From Candidatus Bathyarchaeota archaeon (GTDB lineage: Archaea > Thermoproteota > Bathyarchaeia > 40CM-2-53-6): a stretch of DNA of 64,000 nt. Shown here piece by piece: positions 1-10,263 of the stretch; the stretch's first letter is position 1, and the number at the start of each line of letters is the position of its first letter. The stretch lies in assembly GCA_963726255.1 (NCBI GenBank), contig CAVSBL010000002.1, forward strand, positions 1-64,000. The letters run 5' to 3'. A program made the translations under genes and the position numbers. The notes beneath the pieces are model-generated. The model was not told the origin of the DNA and searched no databases. It worked only from the letters and a program-made list of their open reading frames with translations.

Positions 1-2
1 GC

Positions 3-182
3 TGGCTGCAGGTCGTTTCCCAAGTTAACCCATTAACCTATGAGACTGACGCGCTGCGGGCATTAATGCTCAGCAACGGACCCACCGTGTACGGAGTGCC
101 CTTCGACTTACTGTTCCTAGTGGTTGCCACCGCGGTGAACGTTGCCATCGGCGCCAAACTGTACCCGAGGGTTGTCATCTAG
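3..182 (+). CDS. ABC-2 type transporter permease, C-terminal part (truncated by window edge)
   Basis: Frame 3 reads WLQVVSQVNPLTYETDALRALML...AKLYPRVVI*; the NPLTY motif plus a final TM helix is typical of ABC-2 permeases. Confidence 0.75.
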   Translation, partial: WLQVVSQVNPLTYETDALRALMLSNGPTVYGVPFDLLFLVVATAVNVAIGAKLYPRVVI

Positions 183-394
183 GGCAATGACGGTGGATGG
201 CAAGTGTTACTGGTGAGTGAGATAGGCAGGAAGCTGCGCTTGGCAGGGAGGCTGAACAGCAGGCCACTCTGCGGCTCAAGAATAATCCCGACGGAAGTAG
301 CCACCGATCCGAATAGTCTGCGACAATTCGCAGAAATGTTGCCTAAGCTCAAATAACAATAACCTATCCAAGAAGTTTCGCAATTAGGCGTACG

Positions 395-1828
395 TTGATG
401 GAATACAAGTGGAAGGCCTTCTCGGTAACCTCCGTCGGTTCCCTGATGTCGGCAGTCGACAGCACAATCGTTCTCTTGGCCCTAGTTCCCATTGCTGAAG
501 AACTCAGCTCAGATTACGTGACAATGGTCTGGGTCGTGGTCGCATACATTCTAGCAAACACAGCCCTAGTTCTAAGCCTAGGCCGCCTAGCGGACATGTA
601 TGGCAGAAAGAGGATGTACAATTTCGGCTTTGTTGTCTTCATTGTAGGTTCGGCGTTGTGCGGTCTTGCTGCCAGTGGCTTGACACTCGTGGGGTTTAGG
701 GCCCTGCAGGGCGTGGGTGCCGCCTTACTCGCCGCAAACTCCTTCGCCATATTGTCCGAAGCCTTCCCAAAGAATGAGAGAGGTAGGGCATTCGGTGCGA
801 GCTCTATTGTCTGGGGTTCAGGGACAATTCTGGGAATAATTCTCGGGGGCGTGATAATCACCTACACAAGCTGGCGTCTCATTTTCCTGATTAACGTCCC
901 AATAGGTGCATTTGGCACGTTTTGGGCATATAGAACGCTGAGAGTCGTTAAGAACAATGCGAGGAAGCGGTCTTTCGATTTCCCTGCAACGTTGACGTTC
1001 ACGCTTGGCTTAGTTGCACTCCTGCTGGGGGTTACTTGGGGAATAATCTATTCATGGGCAAGTCTAACGACCCTTGTTTCAATCGCCGTTTCACCATTTT
1101 TCTTCCTGTTCTTCGTTTACTGGGAGACGAAACGCAGCAAGGATCCGGTGGTAGATTTCTCCTTCTTCAGGAACAGAGTCTTCACGCTCTCGATCATCAC
1201 AGCTATGATTCAATCGCTAGCATTGTTCAGCGTCAACTTTCTACTGATCTTCTACCTTGAAGGCATAGCTGGGCTTTCAATTCTCACCGCGTCGTATCTG
1301 ATAATTCCGATGGCGCTAGCATCATCCATCATCGGCCCATTCGCGGGTGTGCTTTCCGACCGATTCGGTGCGAGAATTGTAGCTTCAATTGGGTTGCTTG
1401 TGCAGATGATTGTTCTGTTTCTGCTGAGCAGGCTGACGGCAAATACCACGCTACTACAAGTCGGGGTAATCGAAGCCTTATACGGCGTTGGAAGCGGCCT
1501 CTTCTGGCCAGCGAACACTAGCGCGATAATGGCATCCTCTCCTCCCGAAAGTTACGGAGTGGCGTCAGGCATCATGAACACATTTCGAAACAGCGGTATG
1601 GTGATGAGCTTCGCACTTGCACTGACGGCTCTGACTGGCGTAATTCCGACGTACATAATCTATCAGCTATTCATAGGAACCTTTTCTGGGACGCTAGGAC
1701 CCAACTATGCAACCGCCTACCTTGCGGGGCAAAGTTTCGCATTCGAACTCTCCGCAGGCCTGCTAATCTTGGCAGCGGTCTTCTCGCTAGCAAGGGGCAA
1801 GGAGACAAGGCAGGCTAGGGATACTTGA
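395..1828 (+). CDS. MFS transporter, DHA2 (EmrB/QacA) family
   Basis: About 14 hydrophobic segments; motif A GRLADMYGRKR; DSTIVLLAL start motif. Confidence 0.9.
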   Translation: MMEYKWKAFSVTSVGSLMSAVDSTIVLLALVPIAEELSSDYVTMVWVVVAYILANTALVLSLGRLADMYGRKRMYNFGFVVFIVGSALCGLAASGLTLVGFRALQGVGAALLAANSFAILSEAFPKNERGRAFGASSIVWGSGTILGIILGGVIITYTSWRLIFLINVPIGAFGTFWAYRTLRVVKNNARKRSFDFPATLTFTLGLVALLLGVTWGIIYSWASLTTLVSIAVSPFFFLFFVYWETKRSKDPVVDFSFFRNRVFTLSIITAMIQSLALFSVNFLLIFYLEGIAGLSILTASYLIIPMALASSIIGPFAGVLSDRFGARIVASIGLLVQMIVLFLLSRLTANTTLLQVGVIEALYGVGSGLFWPANTSAIMASSPPESYGVASGIMNTFRNSGMVMSFALALTALTGVIPTYIIYQLFIGTFSGTLGPNYATAYLAGQSFAFELSAGLLILAAVFSLARGKETRQARDT

Positions 1829-1845
1829 TAAACAACTCTGATGAC

Positions 1846-2157
1846 TTAGCAACTAGTCCGCTCTTGGTTTAGCTTGCGAATTCCCTTTGGCACATAATCG
1901 AAGAACTTTTCGATCGTATTGCCTGAGGTCCATTCTGCCCGGATTCTGGTTCTCCTCTCCGCTTTGCGCATCTCCGACAATAGCATGCGGTTGAGGTCCC
2001 GCGCGCTTTCACCTTCCAGATCCGCTTCAACTTCGAAGCCCTCCTCGGTCGGTTTCAACGTTCCCTTACTATTGATTAACCTCTGAAGAATTGGCTTAAT
2101 GGCGGATGGATCATCACTGCTTATACGTGCCGATAGCCTGAACTTCTTCTGAGCCAT
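1846..2157 (-). CDS. hypothetical protein
   Basis: Non-overlapping 103-aa ORF with protein-like composition. Confidence 0.65.
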   Translation of the reverse strand: MAQKKFRLSARISSDDPSAIKPILQRLINSKGTLKPTEEGFEVEADLEGESARDLNRMLLSEMRKAERRTRIRAEWTSGNTIEKFFDYVPKGIRKLNQERTSC

Positions 2158-2370
2158 TGTAATACTTCCTCTCTCATAGAGCCGGAAGACCCAGCAGTTG
2201 CTTGGCTCCGGCGTTTGTGTGGTAACCTATTTAGAAATACCCTAAATCATGACTCCCATTTCTGCGCGTCAGAGTCTATCGAAGAAAGCAGCAAAGCTTG
2301 CCATCACAGGGTAAGGCCTTTTATTCTCAGCAATTCTCATCTTCGTACAGAAGCCTGGTCGTCCAAGAGT

Positions 2371-3453
2371 TTGACTAGAATTCCGTTAACTCTTGCAGCG
2401 CTAATTTCCATAGTGATCCTACTACCAACGGTAACGTATGGTGCTGGGCAGCAATGGGTTGAGTATTCAGGCAACCCGGTGCTCGGGCCTTCCGTAGGCA
2501 GTTGGGACGGCGACTATACGGTTAGCCCCAGAATACTCCTCCTGAATGCCACATACAGAATGTGGTTTAGCGGCGGCGGTAGGCCTGCCAGTAATGGAAT
2601 TGGTTACGCGACATCGGCGGATGGGATTTCGTGGAGTGAGCACGTGGGCCCGGTTCTATCCCCTAGTTCGGCGGGCGTTTGGGATAGTTCATCCGTGGCT
2701 CTAGGGTCGGTCCTCTGGAATGGAACGCTCTTCTTCATGTGGTATAGGGGAACGAACTCCACCACCTACCAAACCGGCGCCGTAGGTTTAGCGATCTCCA
2801 CCGACGGAGTTTCCTGGACAAAATTCTCCGGCAACCCGGTGCTGAAGGCGACTGCGGTTGATCAGGGGTACATAGCCAGCCCATACGTCCTCAAACCAAC
2901 GGGAACGTACGGCATGTGGTATACAGCGAGAAGTGCGGCCTACCCCAAGACTAGCCCATACGCAGAAATTCTGTTCGCAACCTCCTACGATGGAACCCAC
3001 TGGACCAAGTGGCCTCACCCTGTATTCCAGCCTTCAACAGATTCAATGCAGTGGGATTCAGGCGCCGTCTATTCGCCCTCCCTTTACTGGAACGGCACAA
3101 TGTTCTGGATGTGGTATACCGGTTTGGGCCAGAGTTTCTTGAACCCACAAATCGGAATCGCCACCTCACCCGACGGCGCAACATGGACACGGTCCCCAGA
3201 CAACCCCATACTCAGCCCGGGCCCCTCAGACTCGTGGGACTCCGCCGGCGTTGAACAAGCCGACCTAACAATCGGCAGAAATGGCCTGATGCTCTACTAT
3301 GACGGGTTAGGACCCAATACGGCTGGAAGAATAGGGTTCGCCCAACCCCCGCAGGGGTTCGCAATTCCAGAATTCCCGTTCCCGTTTGTCATCGTCCTAC
3401 TCGAGGTTGCTGCCTGCGCGGCCGTACTCCTCCGAAAACACCAATCGTCTTGA
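2371..3453 (+). CDS. secreted glycoside-hydrolase-like beta-propeller protein with PEF-CTERM-like anchor
   Basis: Repeated NPVL..WD..Y.MWY..IG.A.S.DG..W blades; signal peptide from TTG at about 2371 (ORF track starts at 2215); C-terminal IPEF + TM + basic tail. Confidence 0.8.
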   Translation: MTRIPLTLAALISIVILLPTVTYGAGQQWVEYSGNPVLGPSVGSWDGDYTVSPRILLLNATYRMWFSGGGRPASNGIGYATSADGISWSEHVGPVLSPSSAGVWDSSSVALGSVLWNGTLFFMWYRGTNSTTYQTGAVGLAISTDGVSWTKFSGNPVLKATAVDQGYIASPYVLKPTGTYGMWYTARSAAYPKTSPYAEILFATSYDGTHWTKWPHPVFQPSTDSMQWDSGAVYSPSLYWNGTMFWMWYTGLGQSFLNPQIGIATSPDGATWTRSPDNPILSPGPSDSWDSAGVEQADLTIGRNGLMLYYDGLGPNTAGRIGFAQPPQGFAIPEFPFPFVIVLLEVAACAAVLLRKHQSS

Positions 3454-3556
3454 GCAACTCCCTAAGATTCCACACGAGCTTCGTGATTTCTACCAAGTGG
3501 AACTACCTTTAACAGTCAACCACGCCATCTGGGCGTCTAGCGGAGACCAAGTAAGA

Positions 3557-4192
3557 ATGTCCCAAGCAAGCGGAACTCAGCCGAGCGGGAAATCTGGTGG
3601 CAAGAAAGCTCTGTGGCTAGGCGCTATAGCCTTGGTCGTAGTCGCAGTTGGCGCGGGCTTATTCAACTATGTTGGTATGGCGCCTCACACGGTCACGTCA
3701 ATATCAACGAGCTACGCAACAAACACATCCATACTTACGAGCACTCAAACTGTCACGAGCCTTAGCACTAACACTTTCACGAGTGTAGTAACCACAACTG
3801 CAGCTGCCTCGGTGGGAAATCCGTATGCTCAACAGTATTGTCCACCCAATTGTCAGCAACCATGCTACTACAATAATTGCCAAATGGCAAATTGCTACCT
3901 CTACAACCAGTGCGACTTCTTCAACGTCTGCCAGACACAAAGTGACAATACCGTTCAATGTTCCGGCTACTTGTACCAAGACCCGAGCGGTTGTGTGGAA
4001 CTCGTTATTGTAATATGGAGCCCATATGCGCAGCCATCATACCAGTATTACACGTTGCAAGATCTGCCTGCGTCCCATCCATCCTTCGGGAGTTGGGTGA
4101 CGGTAACAGGGCAATCATACCGAGGTTCCAATTCGGCCTCGAACGGCGCTGCCTGCCCAGGCAACTACATCGTCGTATCCTCAATATCCTAG
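3557..4192 (+). CDS. membrane-anchored Ser/Thr-rich, Cys-rich protein
   Basis: ATG 3557, one TM helix, S/T stalk, Cys/Tyr/Gln-rich segment. Confidence 0.65.
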   Translation: MSQASGTQPSGKSGGKKALWLGAIALVVVAVGAGLFNYVGMAPHTVTSISTSYATNTSILTSTQTVTSLSTNTFTSVVTTTAAASVGNPYAQQYCPPNCQQPCYYNNCQMANCYLYNQCDFFNVCQTQSDNTVQCSGYLYQDPSGCVELVIVIWSPYAQPSYQYYTLQDLPASHPSFGSWVTVTGQSYRGSNSASNGAACPGNYIVVSSIS

Positions 4193-4320
4193 AAGTCCCA
4201 TGCTGAACGTTCAGGTGCGTTGATCACATACCAACGTACTGGACGTGCCTTAGTTTTTCTCCCTCTGGTCGCCATGCAAGCTCTTGTAGCAGTTGCAAAC
4301 GCGGTCGTAAATGACGTGCC

Positions 4321-4632
4321 TTATGGCGACGGCTGTGCTAGGATTTCGTAGTGAGTTACGTTTGGTTCAAGTTCGAGTAGGAAGTTCTTGTCTTCGGGGT
4401 AATACACGGCCTTTTCAAGGTTCGGTCCAGTGAACCTCTTGATAGCGTCGTACGATTCCCATAGTGACATTAGCAGGAATACTGCACGGTCGTTTTCGAT
4501 GCGCCGGAAGACGTAGACTCCGCGATTACCTTCCGTGGATCTGTATTCCTTCAGGCCTGTCTTTTCGAGGTAGTGGAAATATTCGTCGGCTTTCGACTTC
4601 GGCGTAACGCCTCGCCAGAATCTAGCTATCAT
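4321..4632 (-). CDS. antibiotic biosynthesis monooxygenase (ABM) domain protein
   Basis: MIARFWRG...GNRG...SLWESYDAIKRF pattern. Confidence 0.8.
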   Translation of the reverse strand: MIARFWRGVTPKSKADEYFHYLEKTGLKEYRSTEGNRGVYVFRRIENDRAVFLLMSLWESYDAIKRFTGPNLEKAVYYPEDKNFLLELEPNVTHYEILAQPSP

Positions 4633-4739
4633 AGACTATAGCACATGATCAGAGAGCTAAATGGTCTATGGCGTGTGCTGACGTCCACCGCACAACATAT
4701 TTTAGACATGCCTGAAAGTCCACATCCGCAGGGAAACCG

Positions 4740-6074
4740 TTGGAAAAACGTTTGACTTTCGAAGACCTAAGACGTTTCTCACAATCCTTCAACAAGTACC
4801 CAAAGAACTTACTTGCGTTGAATGCGGTCACGGCAAATGGTATAGCCGCAGTTGCCTTGAGCAGAAAAGAAGTGGACAGGCAAAACTTCACCTTCAGCGA
4901 TCTTATCGAATCTCCAGATGCCACCAACCAAGAAAGGTCAGGAAGATGCTGGCTATTTTCTGGACTGAGTATGCTGGCTTTTGAAGCCATGAAAAAGCTG
5001 AATCTGCGGACATTCGAGCTCTCTGAAATATACCAGATGTTTTGGGACAAGCTAGAGAAAGCCAACTATTTCCTAGAAACCATCATTGAAACAAGGCAGG
5101 AGCCCTTGGATGGTAGGCTGGTCGATTCGCTTCTTTCAGATCCAATATCAGACGGCGGTCAATGGAACATGTTTGTCAATCTCATAAGAAAATACGGAGT
5201 CGTGCCAAAAGCATTCATGCCGGAAACAGCTAACAGCAGCAATTCTGATCCCATGAACGCTCTGTTGGCCTCCAAACTGCGAGAATATGCCAAGGTGCTA
5301 CGTGACATGAGTGAGGAAGGGGCGTCCCCGACTGAACTGAGAGAGAAAAAAGGAGGACTAATGGAAGAATTCTACAAGTTGCTGTGCATCGATCTTGGCG
5401 TTCCTCCAGAGAAGTTTTACTGGGAGTGGCAGGACAAGAATGGCGTTTTCCACAGAAGGGGAAACATTACTCCGGTTGAGTTCTACAATGAATATGTCGG
5501 TCTGGAGCTCGATGATTTCGTGAGCCTCCTGAACTCCCCCAATAAACCCTTCAACAAACTGTACACAATCCAGTATCTCGGCAACGTGGTCGATGGACAA
5601 GATATTCGTTACCTAAATGTCGACTTGAAGGCAATGAAGAAGGCAACGATAGACATGATCAAAGGTCATCATGCTGTATGGTTCGGGTGTGACGTAGCTA
5701 AGATGCTGCAGACTAGGATGGGTGCAATGGATCTGAGTATTTATGACTACGAGTCAGTCTATGGCACAAAATTTCAGCTCGATAAAGCTGCAAGATTGAA
5801 TTATGGAGATAGTGAGATGACCCACGCCATGGTGATTACAGGAGTTGACCTCGATGAGAAAGGCATTCCTAGAAAATGGCGAGTTGAAAACAGCTGGGGA
5901 GCCGCCATAGGGGACCAAGGATACATGTCTATGATGGATGAATGGTTCGACCAATACCTCTTCGAGGTTGTCGTGAGGAAAGAGTATCTCTCTCCAGACC
6001 TCCTGAAAATCCTTGACACTGAGCCAGTGGTTCTATCGTTGTGGGACGCGCTGTGTTCGTTGACAAGGAATTAG
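4740..6074 (+). CDS. pepC: aminopeptidase C / bleomycin hydrolase (peptidase C1B)
   Basis: NQERSGRCWLF (catalytic Cys), MTHAM (His), VENSWG (Asn). Confidence 0.95.
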   Translation: MEKRLTFEDLRRFSQSFNKYPKNLLALNAVTANGIAAVALSRKEVDRQNFTFSDLIESPDATNQERSGRCWLFSGLSMLAFEAMKKLNLRTFELSEIYQMFWDKLEKANYFLETIIETRQEPLDGRLVDSLLSDPISDGGQWNMFVNLIRKYGVVPKAFMPETANSSNSDPMNALLASKLREYAKVLRDMSEEGASPTELREKKGGLMEEFYKLLCIDLGVPPEKFYWEWQDKNGVFHRRGNITPVEFYNEYVGLELDDFVSLLNSPNKPFNKLYTIQYLGNVVDGQDIRYLNVDLKAMKKATIDMIKGHHAVWFGCDVAKMLQTRMGAMDLSIYDYESVYGTKFQLDKAARLNYGDSEMTHAMVITGVDLDEKGIPRKWRVENSWGAAIGDQGYMSMMDEWFDQYLFEVVVRKEYLSPDLLKILDTEPVVLSLWDALCSLTRN

Positions 6075-6175
6075 AGTAAATTCCATGGTTTTTTCAGTTA
6101 TCTCTTGTAAAGAGAGTCATTACAAATGATTCGAAAGCCACAAATCCGATTGCCATAAGTAAACGTCCGATTCCT

Positions 6176-6574
6176 ATGAACAGCGATCAAGAGATTCTGG
6201 AAGAGTTAAGGAAGATTCGTGAAGCAGTTTCCCCTAAACCTGCTCCGCCGCCCGCGAAGCCGAAGGGTGTGTGGGCTGAGTTCATGGATTTCATTGGCAA
6301 AGCGGGAGTAATTGGGCTGGCTGTTGGTTTCATTATGGGAACCTACATTGGCAGAGTGGTTTCCGCGCTTGTGCAAGATATCATAATGCCCATCCCCGGC
6401 GCCTTGATATCTGGGGGTGATTGGAGAAAAGCCGTATTCACCGTGCCTATCGGACAGGGAATGAATTTTGCTGTTGGCGACTTTGTGGGCGTGATAGTTG
6501 ATTTCCTCATAGTCGCAGTTGTCGTCTTCTTCATCGCCAAATACGCGGGTAAGGCCATGGAAAAGCAAGAGTGA
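6176..6574 (+). CDS. mscL: large-conductance mechanosensitive channel family protein
   Basis: EFMDF...VIGLAVGFIMG...VSALVQDIIMP...GDFVGVIVDFLIVA. Confidence 0.85.
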   Translation: MNSDQEILEELRKIREAVSPKPAPPPAKPKGVWAEFMDFIGKAGVIGLAVGFIMGTYIGRVVSALVQDIIMPIPGALISGGDWRKAVFTVPIGQGMNFAVGDFVGVIVDFLIVAVVVFFIAKYAGKAMEKQE

Positions 6575-6705
6575 CGTTTTGCACTCTCTCTACGAAATAT
6601 ACGAAATCTCTTCTAATCTTTCAGTTACGCTAATGCCGCGGTTGCGGGACGCCAATTCCTTCAAGATTTCGCGGGAATCGGATGAGCCTCTCAGGTTTCC
6701 AATGC

Positions 6706-7545
6706 TCAATGGAACTTCTTTGTCTCGATGAAGCGTTCTTCTACTCTGATCTTCCTCTTGCCCATCTCTATGAAGAACGGTTCAGGATCAACCGTTGCTT
6801 CGGGCGGGAAGACCCCCGGCTCCTTGATCTTTCCGGCAGCCTGCCATTGTGACACAACCGCTGGGGGCACAGAAGTGTCGCGCGCTGAAGATATTCCTCG
6901 TTGCGGGTCGTTCCTTGTTATTATGTGGTATGTAACCGTCGCAGGAGATTCTTTGCGAGCTCCAAAGACGTCAACTCTGCACGCCTCATATTCGTATTCC
7001 TCGTGCGGTTGAGGGTCGTGTCTCGATTTCGCGATGGCTCGCTGATACATAGCAGTCAAATAATCGAGAGGTGAGATCTGCTGGTCACCGAACTGGATTG
7101 CCTTCGGTTTCACCGAAGCCGAGACTCTTCAGGGTCTTGAATGTAGCAAAGTCTGTACTTGGGAAACCGATTCGGAATGTCACGTTGAGGCAGCCTTTCC
7201 ACACATATCTTCCTAAGGTTGCAGGCTCGGAGTGCTTCACATATATGCTGTGACCTTGCCGATGGGTTCTTGCATTGTCACCGTGGTCTCACCTGACAAC
7301 ACAGGTTGTTCGAGTACTTGCCGTCGAGCCACATGACCGGTTCTTGCGTGAACTCTGTATGACCGGGCGTATGGAGTAAGGTGGCAGTTTAAAAGTAATG
7401 TTATAAGATAAGCGTCTGCATGACGTTCAATGGGAACGTTTGGGTTATTCTATATATTTAGTTTGCAAGATGCGCGGAGGTCATCCGTGATTGACTTTGT
7501 TGATCGTAACTTGGCCATTGCCCCACCGAGGACCAAGGCCTTCAA
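6706..7545 (-). pseudogene. saccharopine/lysine dehydrogenase family pseudogene
   Basis: MKALVLGG start at 7545; fragments PPYSI, EFTQEPVMWLDGKY, EQPVLSGE..EPIGKV, HSEPATL..FRIGFP and the C-terminal GVFPPE lie in shifting frames (at least 4 frameshifts plus a large deletion). Confidence 0.75.
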
Positions 7546-7642
7546 ACCGTACTCATCTCACAACGTTGGCAACGTCCAATCATACTCTTCCCACCTACTA
7601 AGAATTATATGAGCCTACGCCAGGTTACACGCGTGATTCAAC

Positions 7643-8020
7643 TTGAAAACAAAATTCACCTACGTTGGGATTAGAGTCAAAGACTTGGAGAAATCCATCG
7701 ACTTCTACACGAAGCTGCTCGGCATGAAGGTGAAGGGCCGAAGCAAGATGGAGCGAACCAAGGGTGAACTTGTCAGCTTGGAAGCTGAGGTTGGAGGGTT
7801 CGAATTGGAATTGAACTACTACGAGAAAGACAGCCCGTACTACGCTGAGTACACGGTGGGAGAAGCCTTGGATCACCTGGCTTTCGGCGTCGAAGACCTA
7901 ACCAAAGCCTTGCAGGAAGCCCAGGCGAGCGGCTACGGGGTTATTTCGGAAATGAAATCGGATCAAAGCCGCTGGGCCTACATAGAAGACCCCAACGGAA
8001 TCTGGATAGAACTATTCTAA
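7643..8020 (+). CDS. VOC / glyoxalase I family protein
   Basis: GIRVKDLEKSIDFY, LELNY, DHLAFGV, DPNGIWIE. Confidence 0.9.
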   Translation: MKTKFTYVGIRVKDLEKSIDFYTKLLGMKVKGRSKMERTKGELVSLEAEVGGFELELNYYEKDSPYYAEYTVGEALDHLAFGVEDLTKALQEAQASGYGVISEMKSDQSRWAYIEDPNGIWIELF

Positions 8021-8094
8021 CAAAAACGACATGCAGCCACCACAGTTAGTTTAATATTTGCAAACGCGGCTTCTACGGGCGGAGCGGCATCACG

Positions 8095-8472
8095 ATGTTA
8101 GCGGACATCACTGGCCTAATAATTCACCTTATCATAGCAGGCATCATTGGCGGCATTTTCGTTTGGCTAGCTGGTAAAGCTCTGGGCGCGCCTAGAGCCA
8201 CGTACTGGCATGGGATTCTCATCGTCATTACAGCGATAATCCTCACCGATATCATAAGCTACTTCCTGAGCGGCCTAGGTTGGCTGACGGCCATCATCGA
8301 AATCATCATCATCCTTCTGCTGATCAAGCACTTCTTTGCGGTCGGATGGGTGAAAGCAATCGTAATCGCGATCTTGGCTGTGGTCATAGCAATTGTAGTC
8401 GCGTTCGTCCTCGCATTAATTGGGCTTGGTTTCGCTGCGGCTGCGTTGAAGGGCCTTCTTCCAGGCGTCTAA
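8095..8472 (+). CDS. small integral membrane protein
   Basis: Four hydrophobic helices. Confidence 0.7.
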   Translation: MLADITGLIIHLIIAGIIGGIFVWLAGKALGAPRATYWHGILIVITAIILTDIISYFLSGLGWLTAIIEIIIILLLIKHFFAVGWVKAIVIAILAVVIAIVVAFVLALIGLGFAAAALKGLLPGV

Positions 8473-8475
8473 GCT

Positions 8476-8685
8476 TCAGCTAGCTGCGGGCTTTTCCGGA
8501 ATGCCCTCAGGCCCTTTACAGGTCTGAATATGTACAGCCGCTGAACTTTCGTCGTCGAAGGCAGCGCCGCATTTCTCGCATTTGAATGATTGGGGAAGGG
8601 GCCCATGCGGCGCAGGTGGATGCGCAATTTCTAGTGCAGGCTCTGGCGTTGGTTCAGCATTCGGCTCGGGGCTAGGAGTACTCAA
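8476..8685 (-). CDS. small Pro-rich C2HC zinc-finger protein
   Basis: FKCEKCGAAF..H..C. Confidence 0.6.
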   Translation of the reverse strand: MSTPSPEPNAEPTPEPALEIAHPPAPHGPLPQSFKCEKCGAAFDDESSAAVHIQTCKGPEGIPEKPAAS

Positions 8686-9073
8686 ACTTTCATCTCCATA
8701 TCCCGCCGAGGGGATGGAATTCTCTAAGGTCGTTGTTGGAAACAGTGGACTCCCGCTATATCGGGAATAATCCTAAGTGCTTATATTGTAGAAATGTGCT
8801 ACACAACTACAGGTGTTATGAATTGGACTCTGACTATGATGGCTTGAATGAATTGTTCGACAAAGGCGCATATCACAAGGCCGAACGGTTTCACCTGAAG
8901 GGCATCTTAGCCGGGTTCACGTGGCGGAAGCTTGAGCCGCGCATACCGCTCCTAATCGCATTTCTGTACGCGGCCTCAGGCGACTACATATCCCTACTGC
9001 GCCACATACGGATGATTGTCTAGAAGCTGCTGCCCAAAGGGCATCTAGCATTCGTTTATCGGAAGGACTCTGC

Positions 9074-10198
9074 TCAGCGTTTTTCGATTGGCACGACCTT
9101 CCGGTCGCGTGGTCCAGTGTACTCTATTTCCGGCCGGATCAACCGGTTGTTAGCGACCTGTTCCAGCACGTTCGCGGACCATCCGGCGCATCGGCTCGCA
9201 GCAAAGGTTGCGGTAAAGAGGTCCGGGGGCAAACCAGCGGAATCCATCACGACCGCCGAGTAGAATTCCACGTTCGTATACAACTTCTTGCGGAGTTTTT
9301 CCTCTTGGAGGACGCGGAGTGCGGTTTCTTCAACGTGTTGGGCTAGGTCAAAGAATTTCTTGTCCGCTGTCTTGCTGGCTATGTCGCGGAGGATTTCAGC
9401 ACGTGGGTCAGTTGTCCTGTAGACCCTGTGCCCAAACCCCATTATCCTTCTCCCGGCTTTCAACTCATTCCTAATCCAGCTTTCGGCGCGCTCGGGGCTG
9501 CCGATATCCTTCAGCATTTGCAGAACGGGGGCGGGGGCGCCGCCGTGCAGTGGTCCCTTCAAAGCGCCGATTGCAGCGGTTATGGCCGAGTACATGTCTG
9601 ACCAAGTGGACGCCACAACCCTAGCTGTAAAAGTTGACGAGTTCATACCATGGTCCGCGAGGAGGATCAAGTACTTGTTCAAAGCGTCGGCCTTGACGCT
9701 CTCCGGTTCCTTCCCTGTGAGCATGTGAATGTAATTTGCGGCATGCCCTAGCTCGGTAGCCGGGTCTACTGGTTCTTGGCCTCGGTGAATGCGGTCGAAT
9801 GCGGCGTTGATGGTGGGTATCTTTGCAGTTATTGTGATCGCGTCAGAAATGTCAGGTTTCTTGAGGGGTAAGCCTGTCCCAAGTGTTGAGATCGCCGTTC
9901 GGAGTACATCAAGGGTGCTCGAAGAGCGGGGAAGGTTACGCATCATAGCCTTCAGGTTTGCAGGGATAGCACGTTCCGCGCTCAGCTGTTGCTTCAGGTC
10001 GTCGAGTTGGGTTCTTGTGGGCAACTCGCCATACCATAGAAGGTAGGCCACTTCTTCGAAGGTTAGGTTCGCGGCCAGGTCGTGAATATCGTAACCGCGG
10101 TAAATCAGGCGTCCCGCGTTCCCATCGATCATGCAAATGCTGCTATCATCAACGATAACTCCTTCAAGCCCTTTGGCGACGGATTTGGCAATCGACAT
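9074..10198 (-). CDS. citrate synthase / 2-methylcitrate synthase
   Basis: KGLEGV, DHGMNSST, GPLHGGA, GFGHRVY, NVEFY. Confidence 0.95.
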   Translation of the reverse strand: MSIAKSVAKGLEGVIVDDSSICMIDGNAGRLIYRGYDIHDLAANLTFEEVAYLLWYGELPTRTQLDDLKQQLSAERAIPANLKAMMRNLPRSSSTLDVLRTAISTLGTGLPLKKPDISDAITITAKIPTINAAFDRIHRGQEPVDPATELGHAANYIHMLTGKEPESVKADALNKYLILLADHGMNSSTFTARVVASTWSDMYSAITAAIGALKGPLHGGAPAPVLQMLKDIGSPERAESWIRNELKAGRRIMGFGHRVYRTTDPRAEILRDIASKTADKKFFDLAQHVEETALRVLQEEKLRKKLYTNVEFYSAVVMDSAGLPPDLFTATFAASRCAGWSANVLEQVANNRLIRPEIEYTGPRDRKVVPIEKR

Positions 10199-10263
10199 TG
10201 GTCAGATCTCTCCAACTGCCATGCTCATCTTACTTATTACCCAATCTCGCAACCGTTCGCATC

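Noticed and set aside
8733-9023. 96-aa ORF with CLYC
   Set aside because: No recognisable family and uncertain start; left uncalled
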